Part shown: piece by piece, positions 52,283 through 63,728 of the stretch
How positions within the stretch are numbered: position 1 is the stretch's first letter
How the letters are laid out: each line of letters starts with the position of its first letter
The notes under the pieces: generated by a model
Database searches by the model: none
What the model saw: the letters and a program-made list of their open reading frames with translations, nothing else
Told to the model about the DNA's origin: nothing
DNA from: Promethearchaeota archaeon
GTDB taxonomy: Archaea; Asgardarchaeota; Lokiarchaeia; Sigyniarchaeales; SOKP01
Length of the DNA: 64,000 nt
Direction: 5' to 3'
NCBI GenBank assembly: GCA_019058365.1
Contig: JAHPZE010000010.1
Coordinates: 62,761 to 126,760, forward strand
Position numbers and translations under genes: made by a program

Positions 52283-54082
52283 TTAGATCATTAGTTTTTC
52301 CAGTTGATTTACAAAATCTTCATATTGTTTAATTCCTAAGTTCCAAAAATCTTTTTTCGTTATATCTAATCCCACAATTTCACCCAGTTCTTCAGGTGAA
52401 ACACTACCTCCTGCAGCGAGGAGTTTCTTGAATTTTGGAACAAATGCTTTACCCTCTTTTTTATAGGTTTGATATAAGGCATAAACAAAAAGTTGGGCAT
52501 AAACATAGGGATAATTGTAAAATCGAAAATTGGGGATAAAATAGTGTGGTTTCATGGTCCATTCCCAATCCATCTCTTCAAACCATTCTACAGAATCTCC
52601 ATATATTTTATCTCTTCCCGCACACCAATATTTTGAAATCGTTGTACCATCTAAATTCTCACCCTTTTCGATAGCTTTATATAAATCCTGTTCAAACCAA
52701 ACTCTCGCACTAACTTGAAAAGCAGCCTGTCCTGCATCATCTAATACATGGGCTAATATAGCCATTTTTTCTTCATTTGATTTTGCAGTTTCAAGAAGGA
52801 GATCTGTTAAGAGTAGCTCCCCAAATGTCGATGCGGTTTCTGCAACCGTGTAACCGGGATGTATATTAATGTAAGTTTGGTTTTGGATGGCTAAATAATC
52901 ATGGATACCATGTCCAAGTTCGTGAATAAGAGTGAATATTTCATTCAATTCGCCAGTATAAGTCAAAAGAATAAAAGCAGATGCACCTTTATACCAAGAC
53001 GCACAATTTGCTCCATTTCTCTTACCTCTTCTAGGACTTGCATCAATATGATTTCGATTAAACATATCATTTACATCTTTCATAAATTCAGAATCAAATC
53101 TTCCATAAGCTTGAATTACAAGTTTTTTTGCCTCGTCCCATGAATATGTTCTATGAGGTGCTATAGAAAGCGGAGCACGAATATCAGCACAATTTAATTT
53201 TGGAAAACCCAAAATTTTCGCCTTGAGATTTAAATATTTGCGATATACTCCTGCTCCTTCTTCAATTGCTTTCATTAAATTATCAATAATTTCTTGAGTA
53301 GTGTCATTTACTATAAGACTATCATGCATAGGGCTATCGTATTTCCGTCTTTTTGAATTATTAAGCCAATCTCCACAAACACTTCGTAGAGCGGATGAAA
53401 AAACATATTCTTCTTTACCTAATAATCCATAAATAGATTTATTTGCTGAAATTCTTGTTCCTCTATCTGGGTGGTTAAGAAGAGCATTAGCTTCTCCATA
53501 TGATAATTCTTTTTCCTTACCTTCAACATTTACTACTATTTTTCTTGTATTTAACCATTTTGATTGTAGATTGCTCCATGCTCTTACCCCATATTGATCT
53601 TTTTCAAGGATTAATTGTTCCTCCACTTCAGATAAATAATGAGGGTATGCTCTTTTAATATTTTCTAATCGATGTGTATAATTAGAGAGAATTGGATCAT
53701 CGATTATTTTAGCATTCTCATATACATATTTAGCAACTTCTAATTCCAAAAATGCTAAATCTTTTGAAATTTTAGTGTCAAAATCCTCAACACGATTTTT
53801 TAACGCTTCATTTTCTGGAATTGTCATGTTACCACTATACAATCTATTCGAGTAAAGTTCTATTTCACTAAAGTCCGCAAGAAAATTCTCTTGTTTTTTG
53901 AATAATTCTAATAATTTCTGAGGAGTAAAATCTGGAGTATTAATTTTTCCTTTATAGTCATTTATGAATTCATCAGCTTCTTTCGAAAGTTTATTCATAT
54001 TTTCAGTGATTTTTGGGTCATCATGCCCTAAATATATTTCTGTTAAATCCCACGCAATTTCTTCATTTGTCATTTTAATCAA
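52283..54082 (-). CDS. pepF: M3B oligoendopeptidase F
   Basis: WDLTEIY, HELGHGIH, AETASTFGE and FYNYPY motifs. Confidence 0.92.
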   Translation of the reverse strand: MIKMTNEEIAWDLTEIYLGHDDPKITENMNKLSKEADEFINDYKGKINTPDFTPQKLLELFKKQENFLADFSEIELYSNRLYSGNMTIPENEALKNRVEDFDTKISKDLAFLELEVAKYVYENAKIIDDPILSNYTHRLENIKRAYPHYLSEVEEQLILEKDQYGVRAWSNLQSKWLNTRKIVVNVEGKEKELSYGEANALLNHPDRGTRISANKSIYGLLGKEEYVFSSALRSVCGDWLNNSKRRKYDSPMHDSLIVNDTTQEIIDNLMKAIEEGAGVYRKYLNLKAKILGFPKLNCADIRAPLSIAPHRTYSWDEAKKLVIQAYGRFDSEFMKDVNDMFNRNHIDASPRRGKRNGANCASWYKGASAFILLTYTGELNEIFTLIHELGHGIHDYLAIQNQTYINIHPGYTVAETASTFGELLLTDLLLETAKSNEEKMAILAHVLDDAGQAAFQVSARVWFEQDLYKAIEKGENLDGTTISKYWCAGRDKIYGDSVEWFEEMDWEWTMKPHYFIPNFRFYNYPYVYAQLFVYALYQTYKKEGKAFVPKFKKLLAAGGSVSPEELGEIVGLDITKKDFWNLGIKQYEDFVNQLEKLMI

Positions 54083-54176
54083 ATTATAAAAGTATAATTT
54101 TATAGGATCTAATTTACATAAAAATTAAAAGCTAATAGAAAAAATTTGAAAATAGGTATTATCAATATTGAATCAT

Positions 54177-55736
54177 TTATTCATATTCTATTGTGCTTGG
54201 AGGCTTGTTTGAAATATCATAGACCGTGCGGTTTATTCCTTTAACTTCATTAACAATTCTAGTTCCAATTCTTTCAAGAAGATCCCAATCTAATTTCGAA
54301 AAATTTGCTGTCATAGCATCCATTGATTCAACTATTCTTATAGAACATATATACTCGTAAGTTCGATAATCACCCATTATTCCGACAGTCTTCAAAGGAA
54401 GAAATACACAAAAAGCTTGCCAGATTTTATCATAAATCCCTGCCTTTCTAATCTCTTCTATTAGTATCTCATCTGCATTCCTTAAAATTGTAAGTTTCTC
54501 TTTATCGATTGGACCTATTATTCTTACTGCTAATCCAGGTCCAGGAAATGGATGACGATTTATTATATAATTTGGTAAACCTAATTCTAAACCAACTTTC
54601 CTAACTTCATCTTTATATAAATCTCTTAAGGGTTCTATTACCTTTAATTTCATATTATCTGGTAGGGTAATGTTATGATGAGATTTAATCTTAGCTGAAA
54701 CTTTACTTGTAGTACTAGTTTCAACACGATCAGGGTAAATTGTACCCTGCGCGAGATACTTAATATCTGGATAAACCTTCTCTAAATCAAGAGTTTTAGT
54801 TTCAAAAACTTCTATGAATGTGTGTCCAATAATACGACGTTTTTCCTCTGGATCTTCAATATTTATAAGCTTTTTTAGAAAAAGATCTTCAGCATCAACA
54901 TAATGAAAATTTTTAAATTTTAATTTTTCTCTAAATGTTTGCTGAACTTCATTTTCTTCATTCTTTCTTAATACTCCATTATTCACAAAAATGCAATGTA
55001 ATCGATCACCTATTGCTTTATGAAGAAGAACGGCAGTTACGGAAGAATCAACCCCTCCACTTAATCCTAAAATGACTTTATTATCGGGACCAATCTCTCT
55101 TCTTATTTCTTGGACAGACCTATCAATCCATCCTTTCAGTTTCCATTCTTTTTTGCAATTAGCAATTTTAAAAATGAAATTTTCTAATATTTTATTTCCA
55201 TTTGGAGTATTTGAGACTTCTGGGTGGAACTGAATACCATATAATAATTTTTCTTGATTTCCATAAGCTGCTACTGGACATGTATCAGTTTTAGCATATT
55301 CTTTAAATCCATCAGCAATCTTGGTGATTTGGTCACCATGAGACATCCACACTATTTGTTCTTTTTCTAATGAATCAAATAGTAAATTTGGTTCTAAAAT
55401 TATAAGATTTGATCTTCCATATTCCTTAGTTTCTTTAGATTCAACCTTGCCTCCTAATAAATGCATAATTAAATGATGACCATAACAAATTCCTAAAACT
55501 GGAATTTTCTTTTCAGTTGTAAATTGAAAAAATTCTTGGTCCAATTTTGGGTCATTCTTATCGTAAACACTGCCAGGACCACCTGAAAGTATAATAGCTT
55601 TAGGATTCTTTTTTTTCAATTTTTCAAGATTTACATCAAAAGGTAAAATTTCAGAAAATACTCCCAAATCTCGTATTCGGCGAGTAATCAAATGTGCATA
55701 TTGACCACCAAAGTCTAATACGATAATAATATCCAT
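54177..55736 (-). CDS. guaA: GMP synthase (glutamine-hydrolysing)
   Basis: DFGGQY, GICYG, QFHPE, SGGVDS, HPFPGPG and KPPSTIEYE motifs. Confidence 0.97.
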   Translation of the reverse strand: MDIIIVLDFGGQYAHLITRRIRDLGVFSEILPFDVNLEKLKKKNPKAIILSGGPGSVYDKNDPKLDQEFFQFTTEKKIPVLGICYGHHLIMHLLGGKVESKETKEYGRSNLIILEPNLLFDSLEKEQIVWMSHGDQITKIADGFKEYAKTDTCPVAAYGNQEKLLYGIQFHPEVSNTPNGNKILENFIFKIANCKKEWKLKGWIDRSVQEIRREIGPDNKVILGLSGGVDSSVTAVLLHKAIGDRLHCIFVNNGVLRKNEENEVQQTFREKLKFKNFHYVDAEDLFLKKLINIEDPEEKRRIIGHTFIEVFETKTLDLEKVYPDIKYLAQGTIYPDRVETSTTSKVSAKIKSHHNITLPDNMKLKVIEPLRDLYKDEVRKVGLELGLPNYIINRHPFPGPGLAVRIIGPIDKEKLTILRNADEILIEEIRKAGIYDKIWQAFCVFLPLKTVGIMGDYRTYEYICSIRIVESMDAMTANFSKLDWDLLERIGTRIVNEVKGINRTVYDISNKPPSTIEYE

Positions 55737-55959
55737 GATTACATAATTTTGAGGAGTTATTAAGATATGATGCTAAAAATATTTAAATTATATTTAATAT
55801 TCTGGAAACAATTTATTCTTAATATTATAAAGGGTTTTTTAGAAAATAAATTTTTTCAATTAGTCAATGACTTTTTTTTAAGTAATGCTTTTAATTACTT
55901 TGACATACAATAATAAATCACTTTAAATTGATTTCTATATTCAAATCGTAAGCGAAATT

Positions 55960-55975
55960 GGGGAAGGAATTCCCC
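55960..55975. promoter_or_regulatory. Palindrome GGGGAA-GGAA-TTCCCC upstream of sudB
   Basis: Repeated motif. Confidence 0.55.
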
Positions 55976-56089
55976 TAACTATTGGATATAAGAAAATATT
56001 TTTTTAAATTAAATTATACCTTCAATTAGAGAATGATTTTTTATTTAATATTAAATGAGGATTAATACCATAAATTAAAATGATTTATA

Positions 56090-56959
56090 ATGCCTTATAA
56101 AATTTTAAAAAAAGTCTCGCTTGGAAACAGTGGTACATTATTTGAAATGGATATATTAGCACCATTAATTGCTAAAAAAGCATATGCAGGGAATTTTATA
56201 TTAATGAGAATTAATGAGACAGGTGAGAGAATTCCTCTTACCATTGCGGATTATGACAGAGTAAAAGGGGTTATTACGCTTGTAATTCAAGTGGTTGGAA
56301 AATCAACTTTATTACTTTCTCATCAAAATGAAGGGGATGAGATTTTAGATGTAGTAGGGCCTTTAGGTAATAAAATACATATAGAGAAATATGAACACCC
56401 AATAATAATAATCGGTGGTGGTGTAGGGATTGCTCCTTGTTATCCTCAAGCAAAAGAATTAACACAAGCGGGTAATAAAATCATCTCAATATTAGGAGCT
56501 CGAACGAAAGATCTCATATTTTGGAGAGAACGAATGGCTGATGTTAGTGAAAAAGTTATAATTTGTACTAATGATGGAAGCGAAGGAATTGAAGGATTTG
56601 TTACTGAACCACTAAGAAATATAATTAGTAAAGATAAAATTAGCTTAGCCATAGCAATAGGTCCAATGATAATGATGAAAAACGTTGCAAAACTAACAAG
56701 TGGGATTGAAGAATTACCACGTGTAAAAACCTTCGTATCTTTAAATACTATAATGATAGATGGAACTGGAATGTGTGGAGGATGTCGATTTCCTGCAAAA
56801 GATGGTCAAATTCATTTTGCTTGTGTTGAGGGTCCCGATGTTGATGGACATATTGTAAACTTTGATATTTTATTAAACAGAGAAAAAAGATTTGCTGAAT
56901 TTGAAAAAAAATCCTATGATATCTATAAAAGAGAATGCAAGAATTTAAAAATAGGATAA
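56090..56959 (+). CDS. sudB: SudB/NfnA electron-transfer subunit
   Basis: ERIPLTI, GGGVG and DGTGMCGGCR..ACVEGP motifs. Confidence 0.9.
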   Translation: MPYKILKKVSLGNSGTLFEMDILAPLIAKKAYAGNFILMRINETGERIPLTIADYDRVKGVITLVIQVVGKSTLLLSHQNEGDEILDVVGPLGNKIHIEKYEHPIIIIGGGVGIAPCYPQAKELTQAGNKIISILGARTKDLIFWRERMADVSEKVIICTNDGSEGIEGFVTEPLRNIISKDKISLAIAIGPMIMMKNVAKLTSGIEELPRVKTFVSLNTIMIDGTGMCGGCRFPAKDGQIHFACVEGPDVDGHIVNFDILLNREKRFAEFEKKSYDIYKRECKNLKIG

Positions 56960-56974
56960 AAGAGGAATTATAAA

Positions 56975-58363
56975 TTGAAGATTCCAAGACAAAAAATGAG
57001 AGAACAGGATCCATCAGAAAGAATTCATAATTTTTCAGAAGTTGCTTTAGGTTTTACTGAAGAGATGGCTAAAATAGAAGTAGAAAGATGTCTACAATGT
57101 GGTGACCCCAAATGTGTTAATGGATGTCCTGTCAATATTGACATCCCAAATTTTATCAGATTAATTAAGGAAGATAATTTACTAGAAGCAATTCGCAGTA
57201 TAAAAGATTATAATATTTTACCTGCGATATGTGGAAGAGTTTGTCCTCAAGAAGTCCAATGTGAAAAAGCTTGCATCTTAAGTAAAAGGTGGGAACCCGT
57301 AGCAATCGGGGCACTTGAGAGATATGTTGCAGACTGGGAAAGAAAGAATCAATTAAAGGAATGTCCCGACTGTGAGGCTCCAAATAATATAAAAGTTGCA
57401 GTAATCGGATCAGGACCTGCTGGTCTCACTTGTGCTGCTGATCTTGCTAGATATGGATTTGATGTAACGATTTTTGAAGCGTTTCATAAAGGGGGTGGTG
57501 TTTTAGTTTATGGGATACCAGAATTTCGACTTCCTAAAGAGATTGTTGAGGATGAAATCGAGACTTTAAAAATGCTAGGGATTAAGGTGGAATATAATAA
57601 GATTATTGGAAAAACATTGATGATTGAGGATTTGAAGGAAATGGGCTTTAAAGCATTATTTATTAGTGTGGGAGCAGGATTACCTTTAATGAGAAAAATT
57701 CCAGGAATGAATTTAAATGGCGTTTTAACGGCGAACGAATTCTTGACACGAACGAATTTAATGAAAGCATATAAATTTCCGGAGTATGATACTCCCATCA
57801 AAATAGGAAAAGTTATCACCATCATTGGTGGGGGCAATACTGCTTTAGATTCTGCTCGTGTTGCATTACGACTCGGTGCAGAAAAAGTTATTATCGTATA
57901 TAGACGAACTGAATCTGAAATGCCAGCTAGAAAAGAAGAATATCATCATGCCGTTGAGGAGGGGATCGAATTTCAATTTTTAACAAATCCAGTAAGATTT
58001 TTGGGAGATAATAGTGGAAATGTAGAGAAAATCGAAGTTCTTAAAATGAAATTAGGTGAACTAGATGCTTCTGGAAGACCAAGACCAAATCCTATTGAAA
58101 ATTCAGAATATTTAATAAATTGTGATACTGTCATTATAGCAATTGGTACAAATGCAAATCCAATTTTAACAAAATCAATCCCGAAATTAAAATTAACTAA
58201 ATGGGGTTATATTGATGCTGATGAAGAAGGTAAAACAAATATAGAAGATGTTTTTGCCGGTGGAGATATCGTAACAGGGTCAGCAACAGTTATTAGTGCT
58301 ATGGGCGCTGGAAGACAAGCAGCTAAAGCTATGAATGCATTTTTGAGATCTAAATTTCTGTGA
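56975..58363 (+). CDS. sudA: SudA/NfnB (GltD-like) oxidoreductase
   Basis: RCLQC..CVNGCP, CGRVCPQE.QCE, GSGPAG, GGGNTA and FAGGD motifs. Confidence 0.9.
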   Translation: MKIPRQKMREQDPSERIHNFSEVALGFTEEMAKIEVERCLQCGDPKCVNGCPVNIDIPNFIRLIKEDNLLEAIRSIKDYNILPAICGRVCPQEVQCEKACILSKRWEPVAIGALERYVADWERKNQLKECPDCEAPNNIKVAVIGSGPAGLTCAADLARYGFDVTIFEAFHKGGGVLVYGIPEFRLPKEIVEDEIETLKMLGIKVEYNKIIGKTLMIEDLKEMGFKALFISVGAGLPLMRKIPGMNLNGVLTANEFLTRTNLMKAYKFPEYDTPIKIGKVITIIGGGNTALDSARVALRLGAEKVIIVYRRTESEMPARKEEYHHAVEEGIEFQFLTNPVRFLGDNSGNVEKIEVLKMKLGELDASGRPRPNPIENSEYLINCDTVIIAIGTNANPILTKSIPKLKLTKWGYIDADEEGKTNIEDVFAGGDIVTGSATVISAMGAGRQAAKAMNAFLRSKFL

Positions 58364-58572
58364 AAATTTAAAATCAGATGCTTTACTATTGGAACATACT
58401 TTCTGTGTGGGAAAGATCTGGGAAATCCACCAAAGTAAACTTTAATTTCTATTACTTTATTTAATTAATTATTATTTAATTTAATTAAATAGAAATATAA
58501 AATTTCTTCAGAAAAATTATATTTAATGTTTCTAAAATTGAAAAAAATTCAATTCAGACACAAATAAAAAAA

Positions 58573-59835
58573 GTGAAATCTAAGATGAGTGAAATTTTAG
58601 ATCCCTTCAAAATTTCTCAAAAACAACTTTTTAACGCATGTAAATTGGCTAATTATGAAAGTGAAATTTATAACGCTTTAAGTGAACCCGAGAGATTCGT
58701 TGAGATTAAAATTACAATGAAAATGGACGATGGGACATTAAAAACCTTTAAAGGTTTTAGATCTCAATATAACTCAGCAAGAGGTCCTATGAAAGGAGGT
58801 ATTAGATGGCATCCTGAAGAAAGTGCTTCCCTTGTTAAAGCTTTATCCGCTTGGATGACATGGAAGACAGCTTGCGTTGATATTCCCTTAGGAGGTGCAA
58901 AAGGAGGAATCATCTGTAACCCTAAAGAAATGAGTAATCGAGAACTTGAAACTCTTGCTAGAAGTTATATTAGACACCTTGCTGATTTTATTGGGCCTAA
59001 CATTGATGTTCCAGCGCCAGATGTTTACACAAATCCACAGATCATGGCCTGGATGATGGATGAATATGAAAATGTAGTCCGTAGGCATGCACCTTCAGTT
59101 ATCACAGGAAAACCTTTACCTATAGGGGGTAGTGCTGGTAGATCAATCGCTACAGCCAAAGGAGGAGTTTTTACGGTTAGAGAAGCGGCGAATGATATTG
59201 GTTTAAAGTTAAATGGTGCAACCGCAGTAATTCAAGGATATGGAAATGCAGGGTCTTGGGCAGCAAAACTACTTAATGATGATTTTGGCTGTAAAATAAT
59301 AGCAGTTTCTGATTCTAGAGGAGGAATTTATAATAAAGATGGAATAGATCCTCATGCTGCAGCAGAATTTAAAGAAAAAACAAGATCAGTTGTTGGGTTA
59401 AAAGGCACTAATGAAATTTCAAATGAAGAATTATTAGAATTAGAATGTGACGTATTAATACCTGCTGCACTAGAAAATGTTATCACAAGGAAAAATGCTA
59501 ATAACATTAATACAAAAATAATAGCGGAACTTGCTAATGGACCAACAACACCCGATGCTGATCAAACTTTATTTGAAAAAGGAGTACTTATGATTCCGGA
59601 CTTCCTTTGTAATGCTGGTGGAGTTACAGTATCTTATTTTGAAATGGTTCAAGGTTATTATCTATATTTCTGGACAGAGAAAGAAGTTTTTGAAGCTTTA
59701 GATCGCGTAATGACACGAGCTTATCGATCAACAGTTGAACAAGCTCAAAATTTCAACACTCACAATCGTATGGGTGCTTACATGATATCTCTCGAAAGAG
59801 TGTTGACAGCAATGCGCCTGAGAGGGTGGATTTAA
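58573..59835 (+). CDS. gdhA: Glutamate dehydrogenase
   Basis: [27 protein letters not shown] and [11 protein letters not shown] motifs. Confidence 0.95.
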   Translation: MKSKMSEILDPFKISQKQLFNACKLANYESEIYNALSEPERFVEIKITMKMDDGTLKTFKGFRSQYNSARGPMKGGIRWHPEESASLVKALSAWMTWKTACVDIPLGGAKGGIICNPKEMSNRELETLARSYIRHLADFIGPNIDVPAPDVYTNPQIMAWMMDEYENVVRRHAPSVITGKPLPIGGSAGRSIATAKGGVFTVREAANDIGLKLNGATAVIQGYGNAGSWAAKLLNDDFGCKIIAVSDSRGGIYNKDGIDPHAAAEFKEKTRSVVGLKGTNEISNEELLELECDVLIPAALENVITRKNANNINTKIIAELANGPTTPDADQTLFEKGVLMIPDFLCNAGGVTVSYFEMVQGYYLYFWTEKEVFEALDRVMTRAYRSTVEQAQNFNTHNRMGAYMISLERVLTAMRLRGWI

Positions 59836-59889
59836 ACATATATTAATTAATTTTTTAATTTTACTTTTTCTCTCTTATTTAAATTTATT

Positions 59890-61191
59890 TTATCCAAAAA
59901 TAGATACAAGGATTAATAAAAATATTATAGAAAGCACGAGATGAATTAATGCAAAAGAACCACCCATCTTCAATAAACGTTTATAACTCATATTTTCCAC
60001 ACCTGAATCTCTTGCTATTTTTAGAGTCATCATATCACAAGCAGCTCCTTGGGGTATGAAATTCCCTCCTAGATTAATTCCAATAATAAAGGCAAAAAAC
60101 AAAGGAACAGAAGAAAAATAAAAGGGGGCACTTATTAGTGTTCTTATGATTGGTATGAAAATTAAAGCTGTGGGTGTATTAGCTACAACACCAGAAATAA
60201 AGCTGATAATGATTAGTATAAGAAATGATAACAAAAAGGGATTAAAAGCAGCAAAAGGAATTAATTCAAATAATTCTTGAAATCCCGCTTTTAACATGCA
60301 ACCTATTACAACATATAAGCTTATAAAGAAAAAGATAATTTCCCATTCAATATCCTTTAAAAGATCGCTCATGGATTTCTTTGTATAACGTTTATTAGCC
60401 AAAACTAATATTAAGGCAGAAATTACGGCTGTTAAATATAAAATTGGAAGTATCGCAAATAACACAATTGTTATTATAATTGTAATACCATTAAAATAAA
60501 ACATTTTTTTATTTTTTACCATAATATCTGTGTCAATTAAATCTATTACAAATTTTTTTTGAAGATCGTCAATTTTTGGCTCTTTCCTCAAAATATATCT
60601 GTCTATGAGAAAAATTGTTATAAACAATAAAAAAAAAGAAAAAATCCAATAAAATTGTATGAAATAGAGAGTATCTAAGTTAAATGCTGTAGAGATTATA
60701 ATATTTTCTCCACTCGAGAATGGTGTGATAATTGAGCCAATATTAATACAAATTGTCATCCCTAACAAATATGTTCCGGCTCGAATTTTTAAGAAATGAC
60801 AAAGTCTCACTACTATAGGAGCTAAGATTAAAACAACTACAACATCACTTATTATTGATGCTAATAAAGTAGTGATTATGCAGAGGAGCCAGAAAAAAAT
60901 TCTCTGTTCTCCTTTTGATAATTTAAAAAGTTTTACAGCTACAAATTCTAAAATATTGGAATCTTGAGCTATTTTAGTTATAAGACTCATACTTAAAATT
61001 ATTATGATAGCTTCCCATTGAATAACACCAATAAAGTAGTTAATTCCTATACCTTTTACTAAACCTGTAATGGTGGCAGCAATAAAACAACAGATTAGAG
61101 AAATAGCAACGAAATCAAGATTAGATTTCGAATAACTTAGAATTATTAAAATGAATAATACAAAAATGATTATTAGTAGTACAAGGTCCAT
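59890..61191 (-). CDS. ArsB/NhaD/SLC13-family anion permease
   Basis: Multi-TM; INIGSIITP, SGVVANTP and NLGGN motifs. Confidence 0.85.
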   Translation of the reverse strand: MDLVLLIIIFVLFILIILSYSKSNLDFVAISLICCFIAATITGLVKGIGINYFIGVIQWEAIIIILSMSLITKIAQDSNILEFVAVKLFKLSKGEQRIFFWLLCIITTLLASIISDVVVVLILAPIVVRLCHFLKIRAGTYLLGMTICINIGSIITPFSSGENIIISTAFNLDTLYFIQFYWIFSFFLLFITIFLIDRYILRKEPKIDDLQKKFVIDLIDTDIMVKNKKMFYFNGITIIITIVLFAILPILYLTAVISALILVLANKRYTKKSMSDLLKDIEWEIIFFFISLYVVIGCMLKAGFQELFELIPFAAFNPFLLSFLILIIISFISGVVANTPTALIFIPIIRTLISAPFYFSSVPLFFAFIIGINLGGNFIPQGAACDMMTLKIARDSGVENMSYKRLLKMGGSFALIHLVLSIIFLLILVSIFG

Positions 61192-61364
61192 TGTTTTTAT
61201 AAGTTAATCATTAGAAGTCAATTAATAAGTTAAATAAATATCTTCTAATAAATCTATTTGAAAGAACACAGTTTTACTTTTAAAAGGAATTCATTAAAAT
61301 TTTCAATGTGACTATCGAAATCTTATTTTTAAATCTTGGTAATGAAAAATTGATTGAATTAAAC

Positions 61365-62210
61365 TTATTTTATTAAAAAAAGTTTCAGTAAAAATGTAAA
61401 CAAATTCAAATCATTTAAAAGGTTAAAATTTGATAATAAATAATCAAAAATATTTTCTTCAATGAAATATTTTAAACTTGAGTAATACCCTTCTACACTT
61501 TTAAGTATTTCAACAATTCGCCTAATTAGATTTATAATTTGTTTTTCTACAAGGTACATATCACTATTCATTGGATTAATGCCAATAATATTGAATCCTG
61601 TTTTTCGTTCAAAAGTTATATTGCTCAATTCAGGATTTTTCTTTACAATTTCCAGATTTGAATAGGTTTTAAACATGTCCTCAATTCTTTCATAAATAAT
61701 TTGCTTTTTCTCTTCGGGCAAATGACCCTCTATTACATTGATGACTAAATTTAATATTTGCTGAAAAATTCCTAGAATGTCAAAGAATTCAGCAACATCT
61801 GTGATACGTTCTGCTTGTTTCCACTGAGTATAATATTCATCAATAATGTATTCAAAGGGTTGATATACGTCAACATTTCCTGCCCATTTACCTTTCCAGC
61901 GGTTTTTTTCATTCGCATATTGCTGAATAAATGTATACCTTATCACATCTAAGCGAGCTCTTAACATATCACTAGTTACTTCTTTAGAATCTGCTGCTAT
62001 AAACAACAAATTTGTTTCCTTATCACTTATATAGACCCATCTAAGGCCTCCCATTTCAATTGAATCTATTCCTTGTTTAAATTCAACAATAGTGAATTGA
62101 TTTAGAGCAGTAAGGAGTCCCGATACTAAATCTTCATTTACAGGAAAATCCATATAAGATTTATAAACCAAAGTAATTCCTGAGTCCCCTTCCATAATCC
62201 AGATATTCAT
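61365..62210 (-). CDS. Longin-like N-terminal domain protein
   Basis: IWIM..SGITLV..DLVSGLLTAL..IDSIEMGG..LFI pattern. Confidence 0.55.
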   Translation of the reverse strand: MNIWIMEGDSGITLVYKSYMDFPVNEDLVSGLLTALNQFTIVEFKQGIDSIEMGGLRWVYISDKETNLLFIAADSKEVTSDMLRARLDVIRYTFIQQYANEKNRWKGKWAGNVDVYQPFEYIIDEYYTQWKQAERITDVAEFFDILGIFQQILNLVINVIEGHLPEEKKQIIYERIEDMFKTYSNLEIVKKNPELSNITFERKTGFNIIGINPMNSDMYLVEKQIINLIRRIVEILKSVEGYYSSLKYFIEENIFDYLLSNFNLLNDLNLFTFLLKLFLIK

Positions 62211-62285
62211 TATTCAACCCTATTTTTTCAAATCACACCAATAAATGTTAATCCTTTATATTAATTAATATCTTATATATTAAAT

Positions 62286-62777
62286 CTATAATAAATCATC
62301 TAAAGAATGTATTTTTAACCATCGGTCTAGATTTCGCAACATATCTGTAATTTTAGTTCTCAATGCGAGTTCTGCTGCGTTTTTTCCGATTAAACCAAGA
62401 AAATCACTACTCAGTCTAAAATTGGTTATAAAAACCCCAATTTTTGATTTATTATTCGAAATTGCCTTTATCCGCATGTGTCCCTCTAATTCTTTGATGT
62501 CCTTGTTGTTTCGAACATTTAATTCGATTAACCGTCCTTTTCCTCCTTCTTGTTCACCTTTGTCTTGTAAAACTAATTCTCCTTCCATCTCAATTTTAAT
62601 ATTGATAATCTCGTCTATAATTATAGTATGTAATACATTAGGGGCAATAAACTCTGCATTCATTTTTTTGGCAGGATTAACAGTAAGCCAAAACGCTGGT
62701 TTATAAACAGCTTTTATAAATGAATCTTTATTGCAGTTTTCTATTTCCACAACTTTTGAAATTATGTTATTTGACAC
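62286..62777 (-). CDS. Hypothetical protein, possibly SRPBCC/CoxG fold
   Basis: Beta-rich body with a long C-terminal helix. Confidence 0.4.
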   Translation of the reverse strand: MSNNIISKVVEIENCNKDSFIKAVYKPAFWLTVNPAKKMNAEFIAPNVLHTIIIDEIINIKIEMEGELVLQDKGEQEGGKGRLIELNVRNNKDIKELEGHMRIKAISNNKSKIGVFITNFRLSSDFLGLIGKNAAELALRTKITDMLRNLDRWLKIHSLDDLL

Positions 62778-62951
62778 AGAAAATCTAACTTTAATTTGTT
62801 TATATAGGTATAATGATGAATGCTTTTTAGCTTTTTGAAATTTTAATATTTAGATGATGGCTCAGTCTTCCTCAATTTTATCACAGTGGAATCATTTTAA
62901 AAATATTTTTCATCATAGCCAATATCGATCTGCTATTATATATATAAACAA

Positions 62952-63155
62952 TTAAGGAGTTCGAAATAATTTACTTCCTTCTATATCATTTTCTTCTTTA
63001 CAATGAGGACATATCCAGATTTCATTATTTTTCTTAACAGAATTAATACAATCATGACAAATAGCGATATCACATATACAATAATGAGTGTTTTCCATAT
63101 TATTAGCACAACTTTTACCACAGCTAAAACAAACAGGAGGCGTTCTTTCTGACAT
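62952..63155 (-). CDS. Small RING/zinc-finger protein
   Basis: CFSC..C..CIC..CHDC..CPHC. Confidence 0.65.
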   Translation of the reverse strand: MSERTPPVCFSCGKSCANNMENTHYCICDIAICHDCINSVKKNNEIWICPHCKEENDIEGSKLFRTP

Positions 63156-63251
63156 TTTTTTTGTAATATTCGTTTTTAATTATTCTTTATTATACTTTTA
63201 ATTTTAAGTATTATATTATTTTAATTATTAAATATAAGTTTTTTATGAATC

Positions 63252-63446
63252 ATGGATAAGACAAGATCGGTAATTCGATTACTAGCTTTATTCAGTATTT
63301 ATTTTATTTATAAAGCGATTACGGGGGCAATTCATAATAATAATAATGAAATTTTTTTATGGTCATTAATTACAATATTATATATAGTATCGCTGATTGT
63401 CTTATATTTTGTTGTTAAGAGATGGGAAACGGAGAAAAACATTTAA
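63252..63446 (+). CDS. Small 2-TM protein
   Basis: Two hydrophobic segments. Confidence 0.5.
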   Translation: MDKTRSVIRLLALFSIYFIYKAITGAIHNNNNEIFLWSLITILYIVSLIVLYFVVKRWETEKNI

Positions 63447-63449
63447 CAA

Positions 63450-63728
63450 TCATTTCTTTTTTTTAAGAAAATCTGGAATCATTCCATCAATTCCGAGACT
63501 CTTTAGTACTGTATCTCTAATATTCATCTGTATAGTTAAATCTGACATTTTTTTCATAGTATCCTCTAATGCTTTAGAAAAAATTTCACTTGCCTCTCTA
63601 ATCGTTTGAGACGTTAACTTTAAAGATTCCCTTATAGCTTTATTTGTTTCGTGCAATTCTTCAGTTAATTTTTCCATGCTATTTCGCATTTCAGAAAGTT
63701 CATTTTTTAATTCTTTTATTCCTGCCAT
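63450..63728 (-). CDS. Small coiled-coil protein
   Basis: Heptad pattern; SD present. Confidence 0.6.
   Translation of the reverse strand: MAGIKELKNELSEMRNSMEKLTEELHETNKAIRESLKLTSQTIREASEIFSKALEDTMKKMSDLTIQMNIRDTVLKSLGIDGMIPDFLKKKK

Noticed and set aside
58391-58404. GGAA-N6-TTCT upstream of gdhA as an NrpR site or the N4 palindrome
   Set aside because: Imperfect single match that does not fit the 14-bp consensus
56274-59088. Antisense ORFs within sudBA/gdhA, and similar shadow ORFs elsewhere
   Set aside because: Fully overlap well-supported genes and have no motifs
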